This document shows positions 25,870-39,777 of a stretch of DNA of 64,000 nt, one piece after another. The DNA is from Eledone cirrhosa. Taxonomy: Eukaryota. The notes below the pieces were generated by a model. The model saw nothing but the letters and a program-made list of their open reading frames with translations, was not told where the DNA came from and ran no database searches. The first letter of the stretch is position 1. Each line of letters begins with the position of its first letter. The translations under genes and the position numbers were made by a program. Location of the stretch: NCBI GenBank assembly GCA_964016885.1, contig OZ024740.1:60512001-60576000 (forward strand), read 5' to 3'.

Positions 25870-27720
25870 AGAATAGCGACTGATCTGGAGGAGAGATATG
25901 GAATAAAGCCTGATATAAATCTCTCACCCAGAGAAATCGGAAGATCCTATTCAATGTTCAAACAAGATAAGAAAATTGACCAATTTACAGAAAAGGTTGT
26001 GCATGGATACTTGAGGCGTAAAACACAGACCATAGAGGGGATAAACCACTCAAAAAGCCTGGCATGGAGTTCTGACGAGTTTATGACATCACACCTTGAG
26101 GGATATCTCTATGCAATACAGGAACAAGAACTCCCTACAAAATATCTGCTTCACAAAAGAGGAGGGCCAGCAGCTGACAATAAATGTAGGCTATGTAAAA
26201 CAAAGATCGAGGATGTAAGCCACACTGTTGCCAGCTGCGAAAGAATGTCATCTCGCTACTACCTCCCCATGAGACACGATGGGATAGCTAGAACCATCTG
26301 GAACGCACTTCGGAAAACAAAATTAACAACAAACGAGGAAGAATATATTGAGACAGATGGCACTAAGGAATACTGGTGGAACCTGAAAATAAAAACTGCC
26401 ACCAAATTAAAGCACAACCGGCCTGATATTGTAGTTTGGGACCACACATTGAAAACGTGTTCTGTTGTGGAGATCAGCTGCCCACTTGATGTAAACGTTG
26501 TCAGAAAAATACAGGAGAAGGAGGACATCTACGGACCATTGATGAGGAGTTTACAAATCCAGTATCCAAGATACACCTTTAGCTTCATACCCATCATTAT
26601 TGGTGCTACGGGTTATATACCAACCCGCTTGGACCAAAGTAGGACTGAACTTGGATTTGCGGACAAAAAGCGCAGCTCCCTAATTCATAGTCTGCAAATG
26701 GCTGGATATGTTGCCAGGAAGCTCCAGAGTGAGAGTAATATAGATAAGGAAAGTAGTCTATCTTGGACCAACAACCGCTATATTGGCTCCCACGTTGAAG
26801 GATATGTTTTTGCAATCCAAGAACAGGAGATTTACACGAAATACCTGATTCACAAAAGAGATAGGGGTGCAGGCAAAACACCTAGATGTGATAACAAGTG
26901 AAGACTCTGCAGAACTAACATCGAGGATATCACCCATGTCATCAGCGGCTGTCCAAAGATGTCATCGCGGTACTATCTACGTATGAGGCATGATGTAGTG
27001 GCCAAAACACTGTAGATTGCAGTTCGTAAAAAAGATAGCCCCGATAATAAACACTTTAAAAGCTACAACAATGTGGAAGACATCCATGTACATAATATGA
27101 AAGAGTACTGGTGGAATGTTCCAGTAAAAACCCCAATAAAATGCAGGCATAACAAACCAGATATTATGATATGCGACAGGGAGAAGAAAACATGCACAGT
27201 AGTGGAAATTAGCTGCCCAGCAGATGCCAATATAATATCAAAGATTAGCGAAAAGAAGAATATTTATGCAGAACTGATGAGAAATCTGCAGATACTCCAG
27301 CCTGATTACACCTTCAGATTTATGCCTGTGATTATTGGGGCACTGGGATATGTTAGTAACTGCCTCAATACAAATCTTGAGAAGCTAGGCTTCACAGGAA
27401 CAGAAAGAACACAACTAGTTAGGAAATTACAAGTACAATCCATTAATGGAACAGTAAAAATATGTAAAACGTTCCAAACATTTTGCATCTAATAACTGCA
27501 TATACACATGTACAGATGCAAAGCATATACACATGCACACATACAACTCAAAACATACACATCCACACATACAATAACATCCATATCTACACATGCAGAC
27601 ATACATACATATCCACCTAATTGATGTTGCGTAAATTCCAATGAGAGAGTCTTGTGTCTATGTTAGAAACCGACTCTCTCTCTATTGGTAAAACTTTGTG
27701 AAATTATAAAACCAGAAGAA
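25870..27720 (+). mobile_element. Chimeric R4/Dong insert (second subfamily fused to a copy of 24716-25735)
   Basis: 25870-26700 has a divergent CCHC plus RPDIVVWD RLE; 26702-27720 is near-identical to 24717-25735; (ACAT)n flanks. Confidence 0.88.
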
Positions 27721-28006
27721 CATACATACATATATACATACATACATATATACATATATACATATATATACATACAAGACCAAAATCCAAAAGATAGATA
27801 ATATAGTTATATAAGATGTATCGATAAATATATGAGGGCGAGAAAGAGGGGGAGGAATAGATCAGGTATGGGGTGTAGGAAGAGATAGAGGAGGGAAAAG
27901 GTTTAAGTGGAGAATGTTGACTTTATCTCTTCTCTATCGTTGATCATTTCATCAGCATTATCGATCACATACAGATGTTACACAAAACAAGCCGATGCAT
28001 CTATCG

Positions 28007-28043
<37 letters not shown>

Positions 28044-28080
28044 TAGAGAGAGAGAGTTAGATAGATTGATAGATAATTGC

Positions 28081-28136
<56 letters not shown>

Positions 28137-28296
28137 CGTCTGTGCGTGTGTGCGTGTGTGCGTGTGTGTGTGTGTGTGCGTGCGTGGTGTGGGTGTGTGC
28201 GTGTGGGTGTGTAAAAGATAAACAGAAATAATAACGCAATTGGTACAGTATATGGGAGGAATATATAGGTTAACGCTTGATATAGTAGGAAGAGGG

Positions 28297-28332
28297 TCTT
28301 AACGTTTCGGATGTAAGTCCTTCATCAGAAGA
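28297..28332 (-). ncRNA. Minimal type I hammerhead
   Basis: Minus strand: TCTT-CTGATGA-A-GGA-CTTACA-TCC-GAAA-CG-TT-AAGA. Confidence 0.75.
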
Positions 28333-28801
28333 AAGAATGAGAAATAAGTTAGATTGAAGTGACGGGCGGGCTGGAATTAGAAAAAATGTCTTTCGATAAA
28401 AATAACAGGTTCATTCATGTTGACATCTCTTTGAAAATTGTTGATGCTGGCGTTTTGTGTATGATATATTATACCTGTGTGAGAGTTGTAAATGAAGCCA
28501 CATAATATATATTTTTATCTACAATAAACTTAGAAGAGTCTCACTATGGCTGTTTCAAGCTGTGATCATGTTACATCTATCTCAGTAGAAGGAGAAAATA
28601 CCAAAAGCTTGTTTCTGGATTTTATCCGTCATGAGTGACATTTACTCATTCACTAATGAGACAAGGATAAGCTAAAGCTTTTATGCATTTTTGCCATTGA
28701 AACATTGGCTAGTGATTCTCATTACCATATAGTATGAGCCTAACAGGCTTGGGTTAATTAGCAGTAACACTATAATGAATCACTCTATGTTAGTGTTATT
28801 G

Positions 28802-28897
<96 letters not shown>

Positions 28898-28926
28898 AAG
28901 AGAGAGATATATACTGAGAGAGAGGG

Positions 28927-28985
<59 letters not shown>

Positions 28986-30360
28986 AGAAAGAGGGGGATG
29001 GGAGAGAGGGCGGAGAGTTGCGAGAGACAGAAAGACAAATAACCCGAGATAGTAAATAGTTATTCACAATAGTGTGTGTAATGAAATATGTTTTACACTA
29101 TAACATTTTATACTATTAAGAAATTAAATAAAAGTTAATATAACGGTAAATGTTGTTTATTTTAAAGGTTAAAACAGAAGGGAAAACCTCAATGCTCATG
29201 AGCTTTTTCTTAGCTTTCGATACTCATGGTAGAGAGGAAGTTAACGTTGGACTGGATACCTTCTTGGAACGAATAGAATATGCTAGGTGCCACACGTGGT
29301 TGGTGGTGTTAAATCGTGTGACTAATTAACTCTCCTCTCCCACCAACACCAAATAACACAGATTCTTTCCAATACATTGGAGAAAAAGTTTATTTGTCCG
29401 AGGTGGATTAAGATAAATTAAATTATTGTGTTTACAAGTCTTTACATTTTATGCTCAAATCATTCCACAATCGATAAAATAATGTACTCGTAAATTATTA
29501 AAGGTCGATATATATTCCTATAAATGCATCCTTCAAGATTTTTTTTTATCAGAAAGAAGGAGCTACGCGTATGACTTTCGCAGGTTCTCCGGCAGCAATG
29601 ACATCTGATAGTATCAACATCGATAGTATCAACGTATGGCTTTCGCATGCCTTCCAGCACCAATGAGATGAACATATTGCGTTTGTACACCATCTAAGAC
29701 CGATGATTTCAAAGTATGGCATTTGAAGGTCGTTTAAAGTCGATTAAATCAAAATGTGGCGTTAATAATTCCTCCGGGACCAATAAAATTTACGTAGTCA
29801 ATATTCTTTTTGGTAAATTGTAAGTTGATGGTATAGGGAAAAACATGGCAAGAAAGGTATTACTGTGGTGAGAGTGAGAAAGAATAGGGAATAGGAGTTA
29901 ATGCATTGCTTGTGGAGAGACACAATATAGGTAACGAGAAGAGGAGTGCCTAGCTTGAAATATATATGTAAAAACTACAGACAACAGACATCCTAAAGGG
30001 AAGATGACAAAAACAACCCAAATAAACTGGATTCTACAATACTGCTAATAATTCAAAATGAGATGAATAATGCGTGTGACAAGGAAAAGGAAGCGTAACT
30101 GAACAACTATTGTAATGTAAAAAAAAAAATTCCATTTTTGTAGCTTTGCTTTCATAAAATACATTTAGTTGTAAAAAAAAAAACCTTATTCTATTTTAAG
30201 GGAAACTATAGTTTTGCATTCATTTCGCTTAAACATGTACATGAATTAATAAATTAGAAACTGCTATGGTCTTATTTTTTAATGTGAACAATGTACACAT
30301 ACCGCCAGAAGACGGAATCTGGATTATCCAACAGTATTGTGAAAGAAGAGTAAGTAGAGA

Positions 30361-30393
<33 letters not shown>

Positions 30394-30694
30394 CGTGTGG
30401 GGGGGGGGGTCTCTGACTCTGGGTTTGTCTTTTTCTGTCTGTATGTGTGTGTGTATATATGTATGTGTGTGTGTGTGTGTGTATATATGCATGTATCTAT
30501 GTATGTGTGCATGTATATGAGTATATAAATATATATATATATAGTTAAAAGAATAGAGGTGTAACACACAAGTTATTATATACTGGTAAACGGAATAGAA
30601 AATGCTGACAAATTGTTCACAGTGAAAAATAGTTTAATTAGGAATAAGTGAGAATTAGTAATAGTATTGGTTAGTATTCAGTTGTGGTTTTAAG

Positions 30695-30730
30695 TTTTAC
30701 CGGTTGCGCATTTCTAATGCTTTTCAAAAA
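30695..30730 (-). ncRNA. U3-A8 minimal hammerhead with GAAA>GCAA mutation
   Basis: Minus strand: TTT-TTGAAAA-GCATT-AGA-AATGC-GCAA-CCGG-TA-AAA. Confidence 0.55.
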
Positions 30731-31078
30731 TAATTTTGAGATAGAGCGTCCGTGTTGTTTGCTCTGATCTGATTAGTTTTGGGAATTCTACCTGTTTTTA
30801 TGTTAAAAAAATGGCTCCAGCGCTATTAAAATTATTTTTTGCGCCAATTCGTGTTGCAAAAATTCTTGTGGTCAAAACAATTTTGATTGGTCGGTAGAGG
30901 TCATGTGAATGTAAAAAATTGATTTTGCGCCAAGACTGAGAAATGACTCTTTCACAACAAATATGTGTGTGTGTGTGTGTAGTAGTAGTAGAAGTAAAGT
31001 GTTCGTTGTTGTGATAATGGTTAGCAGGGATGTGTGTGCGAACCGCAGCCTGTTGACAGTTCAAATGCCTATTAAGAT

Positions 31079-31172
<94 letters not shown>

Positions 31173-31279
31173 CAGAGTAATTCGTGGTAGAGGGATGGTC
31201 AGTAGGAATGTGTCTGTAAGGGAGTGGGGGATATTTTAACATGTTAAAAGATATTTTTCAGCTCTTGTCTTATACGGAG

Positions 31280-31330
<51 letters not shown>

Positions 31331-31561
31331 AGTCTCTTTGTATGTTAATGAACGCATGTGTATGTGTGTGTGTATATATGTGTGTGTGTGTGAGAATGTG
31401 TGTGAGTGGGTGGACCAGTATTTTTTTCCTGGTAAAATGGTGTACATTATTCGATATTTTCAGTAAAATCGATTCTCTCAATAGAACATCAAAAACCTTA
31501 ACAATAAAAGGTGTGAAATGATATTCACTATAAAAATATATATATATACATATATTCACTA

Positions 31562-31595
<34 letters not shown>

Positions 31596-31709
31596 TTTGT
31601 GTTGCACCATAGAACATGTGTGTTTACGTATGTCATTGTGTTTATATGTGGGTAGAGATGTGTGCTGATGTAGGTATGTATGTTGACGTGTGTATGTTGT
31701 GGGTTCGTC

Positions 31710-33374
31710 TTAGGGAGAATTGTTTAGACGGGGTCCGTATTTGTTAATAAAGTAAGATTCCTTGCTGATGCGCTGGGTGTGGGTGGCATTATCTTTAAAT
31801 TTGTAGAGGGGAAAGATTCTGAAGTTGGGGTGATTTTGGGCGGCACAGGTATCAATGTGTTCACTCAGTGGTATTTTCCTGTATTCCCGTATTTTAATTT
31901 GGGATCTATGGACAGTCATGCGTTGGCGGAGGCTGTTTTTGGTCTGGCCTATGTATTGTTCTCGACAACCTGAGCAAGTTAATACATATATTAGATTTTC
32001 CGATGCACATGTGAAATTGTGTTTTACTATAAAACGTTGTCCTTCTTTGAAATAGAATTCCGAACCCTCTATTAGGTTGATGCAAATGCCACAGTTGGGT
32101 CTATCGCATTTTTTTACTGTGGGTTTCGTTGTTGTGGTTGGCAGTACTTTGGCATGTGTTAGGATGTTTTTCATTGATTTAGATTGTCTTTTGCTCTTTA
32201 TGATATCGTGTGTTCGTAGGATTTGGTTCATTCTATGGTCCTTTTTCAACACAGGGATGTTCTGGAGGATGGTGTCAAAGGCCTCATTGTTGAGGGGTTG
32301 TGTGTGGAGATGTATGGAAGAGCTTTTAGTTTCGGTTGATTTACTTTAGGGTGTCTAAGGTCCTGGGTACTGAGTTTTAGGGCACGTTGGATTCCATTGT
32401 CAATTAGTGATGCAGGGTAGTCCCTGCCTATGAGTGTCCTTTAGTTCTTGTAGCCGTAAGTAGCAGGTGTTTTTATTGGAGACTATAGTACAGATTCTCT
32501 TGGCTAAGTTGTAGGGAATATTAATTTTAACGTGTCTAGGGTGGCAAGAGTTGAAAGGAAGATATTGCTTGGAGTCTGTGGGCTTGTAGTATATGTCTGT
32601 TTCTATTTTTTTGTTATGGATCTTAATGAGGATGTCGAGGAAGGGGAGTTGTTGATGGCTGTATTCCATCGTGAAGTTAATATTCGTGTTGAGCCCATTT
32701 ATAAGGGTGTGAAATTCTTTAAGTTTTTCGATGTTTTCGTGCCAAAGGATGAAGCAGTCATCTAGATATCGCTTCCAGTTCCTTTCTATGTGTAAGTGGA
32801 GAGTGTTTCCAAATTTGTTTAGGACTTTAGTGTAGTGGGTGATTTCCAGGTATCCCATGACTAGGTTGGCATAAGTGGGGGCTGTTTTCGTTCCCATAGC
32901 GGTCCCAGATTTCTGCCTGTAGGGTTTGTTATTGAAAATGAAGTAATTGTTCTCCAAGATAAATTTGAGTCCCTCTATCACGAATTCTTTTTTGATGCGT
33001 TGTGGGAGTTCATTGTGGAAATTATCCAGCCAGAATTGGATAGCTTCTATTCCTAGGTTGTGGGGGATGTTGGAGTATAGGTTGACTACATCGAACGTCA
33101 CTAGTAGGGTTTGTTCAGAAAGTGGCATATTAGGGAGGTGATTGAGCATATCTAGGTCGTCCCTTATATAGCTTTTGATGTGTTTGAGAAAGGGCTTGAG
33201 AAGGGTATCAATGAAGTTGCTAAGGCGGTGGGTTTCGCAAGCGGGGCCTGCTATTATAGGTCTTAATTTGAGATCATTGGGTGAGGGGACATTGATGACT
33301 ATGTCTGTGGCTTCCTTGCATGCCTTACTTATTAATTCGCTTTTATGTACTTTAGGGATACCGTAGAAAACCAA
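31710..33374 (-). pseudogene. PLE RT/GIY-YIG ORF, frameshifted near 32300-32420
   Basis: FYGIPKVHK, GTAMGTKTAPTYANL, WKRYLDDCF, LPFLDI; CDRPNCGIC linker; LIYVLTC..YIGQT..RQRMTVH. Confidence 0.92.
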
Positions 33375-33471
33375 AACTGAATACTAACCAATACAATTAC
33401 TAATTCTCATTTATTCCTAATTAAACTATTTTTCACTGTGAACAATTTGTCAGCATTTTCTATTCCGTTTA

Positions 33472-33532
<61 letters not shown>

Positions 33533-33534
<2 letters not shown>

Positions 33535-34195
33535 TGGTTGTCCATCGTAAACGATGATGACATCTTCTTTATTGTTGTTCCCGTCTGCCGTGGACACGAA
33601 GGTGGCTGTGGAAGACGATCCTTGACTTGCAGGTCCGAGGACAGTTGAGGCAGGGGAAGAGACCGGAGTCAGACCGGCAACTCCCAGAGATTACCTCCAC
33701 CTCTCGCCCATCGCCGCAGGGCTTTGGGAGTGCACACTAAAGAAGAAATCCGTGCGGGAAAGGTTTATAGTGGGAGGGCCAGTGCACAGTGACGGTCCCA
33801 CTCACTCGGCGGCAGAAGCCAGAATCCGGTGGTACGGAGGACCGTCACGACCAGGGACTTCCTTGGCTGCAGTGGATGGCCACGACGTCTGTAGTACCTT
33901 GCCATGCCCTAGCACTCCACATCGCTTGCTGTCGCCACCTTTGTGATCGTTGGACGATGTTGTCCTCCTCCACTCACTCTACCGGGTCCAGTCTTCGCAT
34001 GCAGGGGCAGGCACCCCCTATCTAACTCACCGGGGGGTTTCAGACCCGTCCGGCTACCCTCAACCTGGTTCGGCCCGCCAGCCAAGGCGGTTTATTGGGG
34101 TGTGGCAGCTGTCGCATGCTACAGCTTCTTCGGGTCACAGGTGAGAGCTGAGTGTCAGGTGGGACCCAATGCAGGAGGTACATGCCCCTCCCTCA
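33533..34195 (-). mobile_element. Bipartite (internally deleted) RTE derivative
   Basis: RTE-type 5' UTR joined to a C-terminal C2H2 segment (FPCLNCPRTCKSRIVFHSHLRVH*) and a GTCATCATCGTTTACGATGGAC tail. Confidence 0.7.
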
Positions 34196-34249
34196 CACAC
34201 GCATATACATACACATACATATGTACATGTGTATATACATATTTACACA

Positions 34250-34443
34250 TTTTTGGTTGGCCATTGACTCTATGAGTTATTCCGCCCTTTGTCAGGTTTT
34301 GTTTTTTGTCCTGCAGGGTGTCCAAAATCACCCTCCTCACCAAGTAAACTTGGTGGGGTTGCCGATTTAGTCGCCGACCACCCAACCATGCGACAGGTTG
34401 TACTGGTTTACATGTTACCAGTAGCACTCAAGATGGACCTGAC
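34250..34443 (-). mobile_element. Short RTE-like non-autonomous element
   Basis: 5' TACTGGT..ACCAGTA hairpin and RTE-like tail; recognised from recall only. Confidence 0.4.
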
Positions 34444-34515
34444 ATATAATATACATATATATATATATGTGTGTGTGTGTGTATAATTATCATAATAATT
34501 TCATTTATTGGCCAC

Positions 34516-34785
34516 AATAATAAAAGGACGATTTGTTTTGTCTTCATTATGTTTAATGAGTAGTGACGTGCGTTTCGCTATTGATTAGCTCAAGGTTCGT
34601 TCTGTATGGATCTAGCCCGACTCTGGAATCAAAAGCTCGTCGAACCACAGCAGCAGTACGACGAGCTTTTGATTCCAGAGTCGGGCTAGATCAATACAGA
34701 TCAAACCTTGAGCTGATCAATAGCGAAACGCACGTCACTACTCAATAAACATAATGAAAACATAGCAAATCGTCCTTTTGTTATT
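34516..34785. repeat. Fold-back palindrome (about 127-bp arms, 16-nt loop) of an HHR-like pLTR
   Basis: 34516-34642/34659-34785; AGCAGT-ACGACGA-GCTTTTGATT..GATCAATAGC-GAAA-CGCACG-TC-ACTACT-C-AATAAA. Confidence 0.85.
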
Positions 34786-34882
34786 ATAATTACACTCTGC
34801 TTCGTTCTATACCTTTTTCCGCCTAGAAACTATGCATCAAGTGCTCACTCGGGTGAACCTAAAGTAACTGCACCTTACATTA

Positions 34883-34989
<107 letters not shown>

Positions 34990-35022
34990 GAGAAAAACCA
35001 CAAACCCTTCATCTTAATTCTA

Positions 35023-35059
35023 CTTTTGAAAAGCATAAGAACTGTGAAACCGGTAAAAG
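35023..35059 (+). ncRNA. U3-A8 minimal hammerhead, second copy of the 13186 family
   Basis: CTT-TTGAAAA-GCA-TAAGAAC-TGT-GAAA-CCGG-TA-AAAG. Confidence 0.6.
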
Positions 35060-35178
35060 AAACAAACAAATATTCTTAAAAAGACTCCAGTTGCATTTTC
35101 AATTTCATCATTTTTCCTTATACTTTCACTCGTGTAGGACATCTCGTGTTTGTTTTCATTTAAAAACAACCTCATTTT

Positions 35179-35224
<46 letters not shown>

Positions 35225-35379
35225 ATATATATACAGTCTTTAAACTTTCATACTTGTTTTCATATATGATCTAAACTATCTATAAACTTGACAGAAATAT
35301 TGTTAGTAAAAATGCCGACTAAGAGTTTGATTTTGTCATTATGTACATAAAACACTACACAAACATTTTACGGAGTATG

Positions 35380-36660
35380 CTACGGGACAGTGCATAATGA
35401 ATAAACCGAATATTACAAACTTGATAAAATGATGAAACTACCTATTGATTTACTACACCCATACAGAAATTGTCAAAACGGTAAGTATTTAGATTATGTC
35501 ACCAATTTTAGATGTGAAGCAAGTAGCATCTTTAGACTGCCTAAAATACACAAAATGGATTAATTAATGGAACATTCGAAAAGACGAAAATCAGTTGATT
35601 TAAAACAAAAATACATTATAACAGGGCTGAATACTTTCTTACTGAGTCCTTTCCTCAAACAGATTCGAACTTTATAGGAAATGATATAGTCATATTCATC
35701 CATCGAAATAAGATCAACGAAAAAAACCTACATTGTTTCGTTGGATGTTGTAAACCTACATAGCAACACTTCTCATGACTATAGAATCGAGGCTATTAAA
35801 TACTAGCTAGACTCGTTCCTTTGTGAACTACCAGACCGTGTTGATAGAGATTTTATAATAGATGGTCTTTAAAAAAACAGTTATTTCATGTAAGATGAAA
35901 CAGCCTACCGACAAAATTCAGGATCAGCCATGGGAACAAAAGCTGCACCAACATCTGCCAACTTAGTTATGGGTTACCATGAATTAAAATTCTACGAACA
36001 ATCCTCACAAATTTAGTTGTTATATAAAAGAAAACTGGAAAAATATCTGATCGACTGCTATATTTTGTGGAGGGAAAATATTGATAAATTGAATCTAAAA
36101 ACTTAAATGATATAAACCCTAACACACTATTTACTATTGAGTTCAATAACGAATTAGATATTCTAATAGCAAAAAGAAGCACAAAACTAGAAACTGATAT
36201 ATATGTTGAAGTTACAGACTCCTGGTAATAACCTTTTTTTAACATCCTCTTATCCAACATATACCCGGACTAACATTCCACTCAATTTACCTAATCAAAT
36301 CTGCACAATAGTTTTAAACCCAACAACAAAGGACCACAGACTAGAAGATGTAAAAAAAATATTGGAAATATCTGCTGAATTTAATCAATTATAGTATTCA
36401 AAAAGCTAGACGAATTAACATCCAGGAACTCCAAAAACAAAAGAAAAAGTGCTATATCATATATTTCAACAAAAAACACCCAGATCTACGCGCACATACA
36501 TCTAAACCTATCTATTCTAGTAAAGGATAAAAATCAAAAACATCTTACAATTACAAAAAAGTAAAAGACAGGAAAAATCACTAAAAATATATCGATGAAT
36601 GCAAAGCTTCATATCCTAATTAAAGATTCTGAAGTTAGAATATTCAACAGACCAATACAT
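35380..36660 (+). pseudogene. Heavily decayed Neptune-like PLE RT
   Basis: Remnants RLPKIHK (about 35535) and YRQNSGSAMGTKAAPTSANLVMGY (about 35905-35980). Confidence 0.8.
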
Positions 36661-37256
36661 ACAATGTAGAAACCACAGATTACAAACATCATAAAGTTTA
36701 TTACTGAGCCTGTGCCATCAACATTGATGGTGGTTCAGAGATATATATTAAAAGTTATTCATATTCATGACATATGCAACAAAGACAACAAAGGAAAAAA
36801 ATTACTTTTATACCCCTAGAAATGGATGCATTGAAGTGGAAGAGAGTGGAACTTCATAAGTATATGTCATTATGTAATTAGAGACCAACATTGCATTAAC
36901 TTTTGTTGGTATATTAATTAGATTCGCTATAAATATACAAAAGATATATGACCGTTGTCTGAGCCACGCATTTAGTTAATGTAATGCTGGTACAAAGTTT
37001 AAATAAACTCCATTCTTGAACTTTTACCCTCTCAAAGCCCTCTAACCGCGTCTCTATCTCCCCACCCCCTCTCTCTCACTCTCTCTCTCTCTCTCTCTTG
37101 TCATGAAAACTGTAGTCTGTAAGGCATTATGCTCACGCATAAATATATATATTTATATAGCAAAGCAAATGACGGTAGAATGAAAATATATTATTAGTTT
37201 TACGCTTGATATAAATATATGTATATATATATATATATTGTTCCAGTCTTTCTTAG

Positions 37257-37319
<63 letters not shown>

Positions 37320-37570
37320 TACCTATCTATCTATCTATCTCTTAGCACAACAACAGAGCCTCTATGATGATCAGGAAGAGAGGATTTGTCAGTAAAGACG
37401 TAAGAAAAATAGAGGGATATTGTAAAAAGGTTACGCAGAGAGAATATATATATATATATACAGACACACTATGCGTACTATTATATTGAATATATGTATG
37501 TACGTAGTGTGTGTAAACACACAAAGAGGAGTGGAAATATATATATAGATATATACATATATATATAGAT

Positions 37571-37690
37571 AACGAAGGAAATGTGGTAAGGAACCATGTG
37601 GACCATAACGCACCAAAGTACTCAATACTTGAGGTAGTAGAGTGGGTAATAGGAACCAGTAAGACCCCCAGGGGGTCTTACTGGTTCCTA
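37571..37690 (-). mobile_element. Mini-copy of the 3' end of the 13290 PLE with a 20-bp fold-back
   Basis: 37571-37668 matches 13290-13387 (one mismatch seen); palindrome 37650-37690. Confidence 0.9.
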
Positions 37691-37717
37691 TATATATAGA
37701 GATATATATATTATTAT

Positions 37718-37920
37718 ACTTTGTTAGACTATATATATGTGTTTGTGTCTATATTGTATCTGTATTTTTTACCGTTGGTCAGTCAATGGCAACATTGAGG
37801 ACCGAATAAATTAGATTACCGATATAAAAGACACAGAAGCGAAAACCAACCAAACAGTGAGTGTGTTCTGTTATTAATTCTGGCAATATTACACAAATAT
37901 GACCCTCCCCAAGTATAACA
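37718..37920 (+). mobile_element. Mini-copy of the 22250 family 3' part
   Basis: Close match to 22432-22638. Confidence 0.85.
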
Positions 37921-37978
37921 ATATTTGTTTCGGCACACGATTTCATATCAAAACCCTCGCAAAACTAATTCATCGCCG

Positions 37979-38052
<74 letters not shown>

Positions 38053-38342
38053 TGCCTTAGCTCCTGATCAATGATTAGCACCTGATCAATGGAACAATTG
38101 TTAATACTTGAAATAAAGCTCCTTGTTGTACAGCCGACCATGTTATTCTTCAATCTTTCACTATATATATATATATATATATATATAGTATTAAGGGTAC
38201 TATTTATGGTTATGTATGCTGGTAATATATTATATATACACAAACCCTAAATAGTGAGAGATAGTCTTTAATTACTATCCTATTACCAGTAAGTTAAATA
38301 GCTCAATGTAATAACATCAGTTGTTATACAGAGCAGTTATAT

Positions 38343-39050
<708 letters not shown>

Positions 39051-39068
39051 TGCAAACAAATATATATG

Positions 39069-39152
<84 letters not shown>

Positions 39153-39232
39153 TACATATATATATGTATATATATATATGTATATATATATATATGTATA
39201 TATGTGTGTATGTATGTATGTATATATATATG

Positions 39233-39263
<31 letters not shown>

Positions 39264-39588
39264 GCGTTTGCGTAAGAAAGAAGCGCCATATCTTAATGGA
39301 TAGCATTTCTTAGCGTTTGACTCCTTTTACTTGATCGTACGATTGTTACCTTGTAATCTTTAGGAAGACAATTATATTTCCTATAGAGATAACTATAGGT
39401 TGCTGAAACCCAGCTGCTGCACAGTTTCTATGAATTTCACAAGCCACTGGGTAACAAATGAATCATTGTATACCAAGTTAACCAAGCTTTTGTTATGACT
39501 TATCGTATATTTTCAAAGCAAACAGATCAATGTCACAATCTGCTATGCATTACTCCACTCTCTCTTTCTCCCCCCCCCCTCTCTCTCT

Positions 39589-39687
<99 letters not shown>

Positions 39688-39777
39688 GTATATGTTGGTT
39701 GTATACCAACACCTCAGTATGCAGATTGGAGCACTCGACGAGGTGCGCAGGTTGGTTTGGTTACTTCGGAGTAATGT

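Larger units (their letters stand above)
30578..33478 (-). mobile_element. Neptune-like PLE, 5'-truncated, with inverted pLTR tail
   Basis: RT 32400-33374 and Zn-linker plus GIY-YIG 31710-32252; about 110-bp terminal inverted repeat 30578-30690/33367-33478; (TA)n flank. Confidence 0.92.

Noticed and set aside
28537-28662. Possible long-stem HHR on the minus strand
   Set aside because: Helix I and GAAACAGC are present but the core has decayed (TTAGTGA); remnant at best
29205-29270. HHR-like GAAAGCTA motif on the minus strand
   Set aside because: 5' core not recoverable
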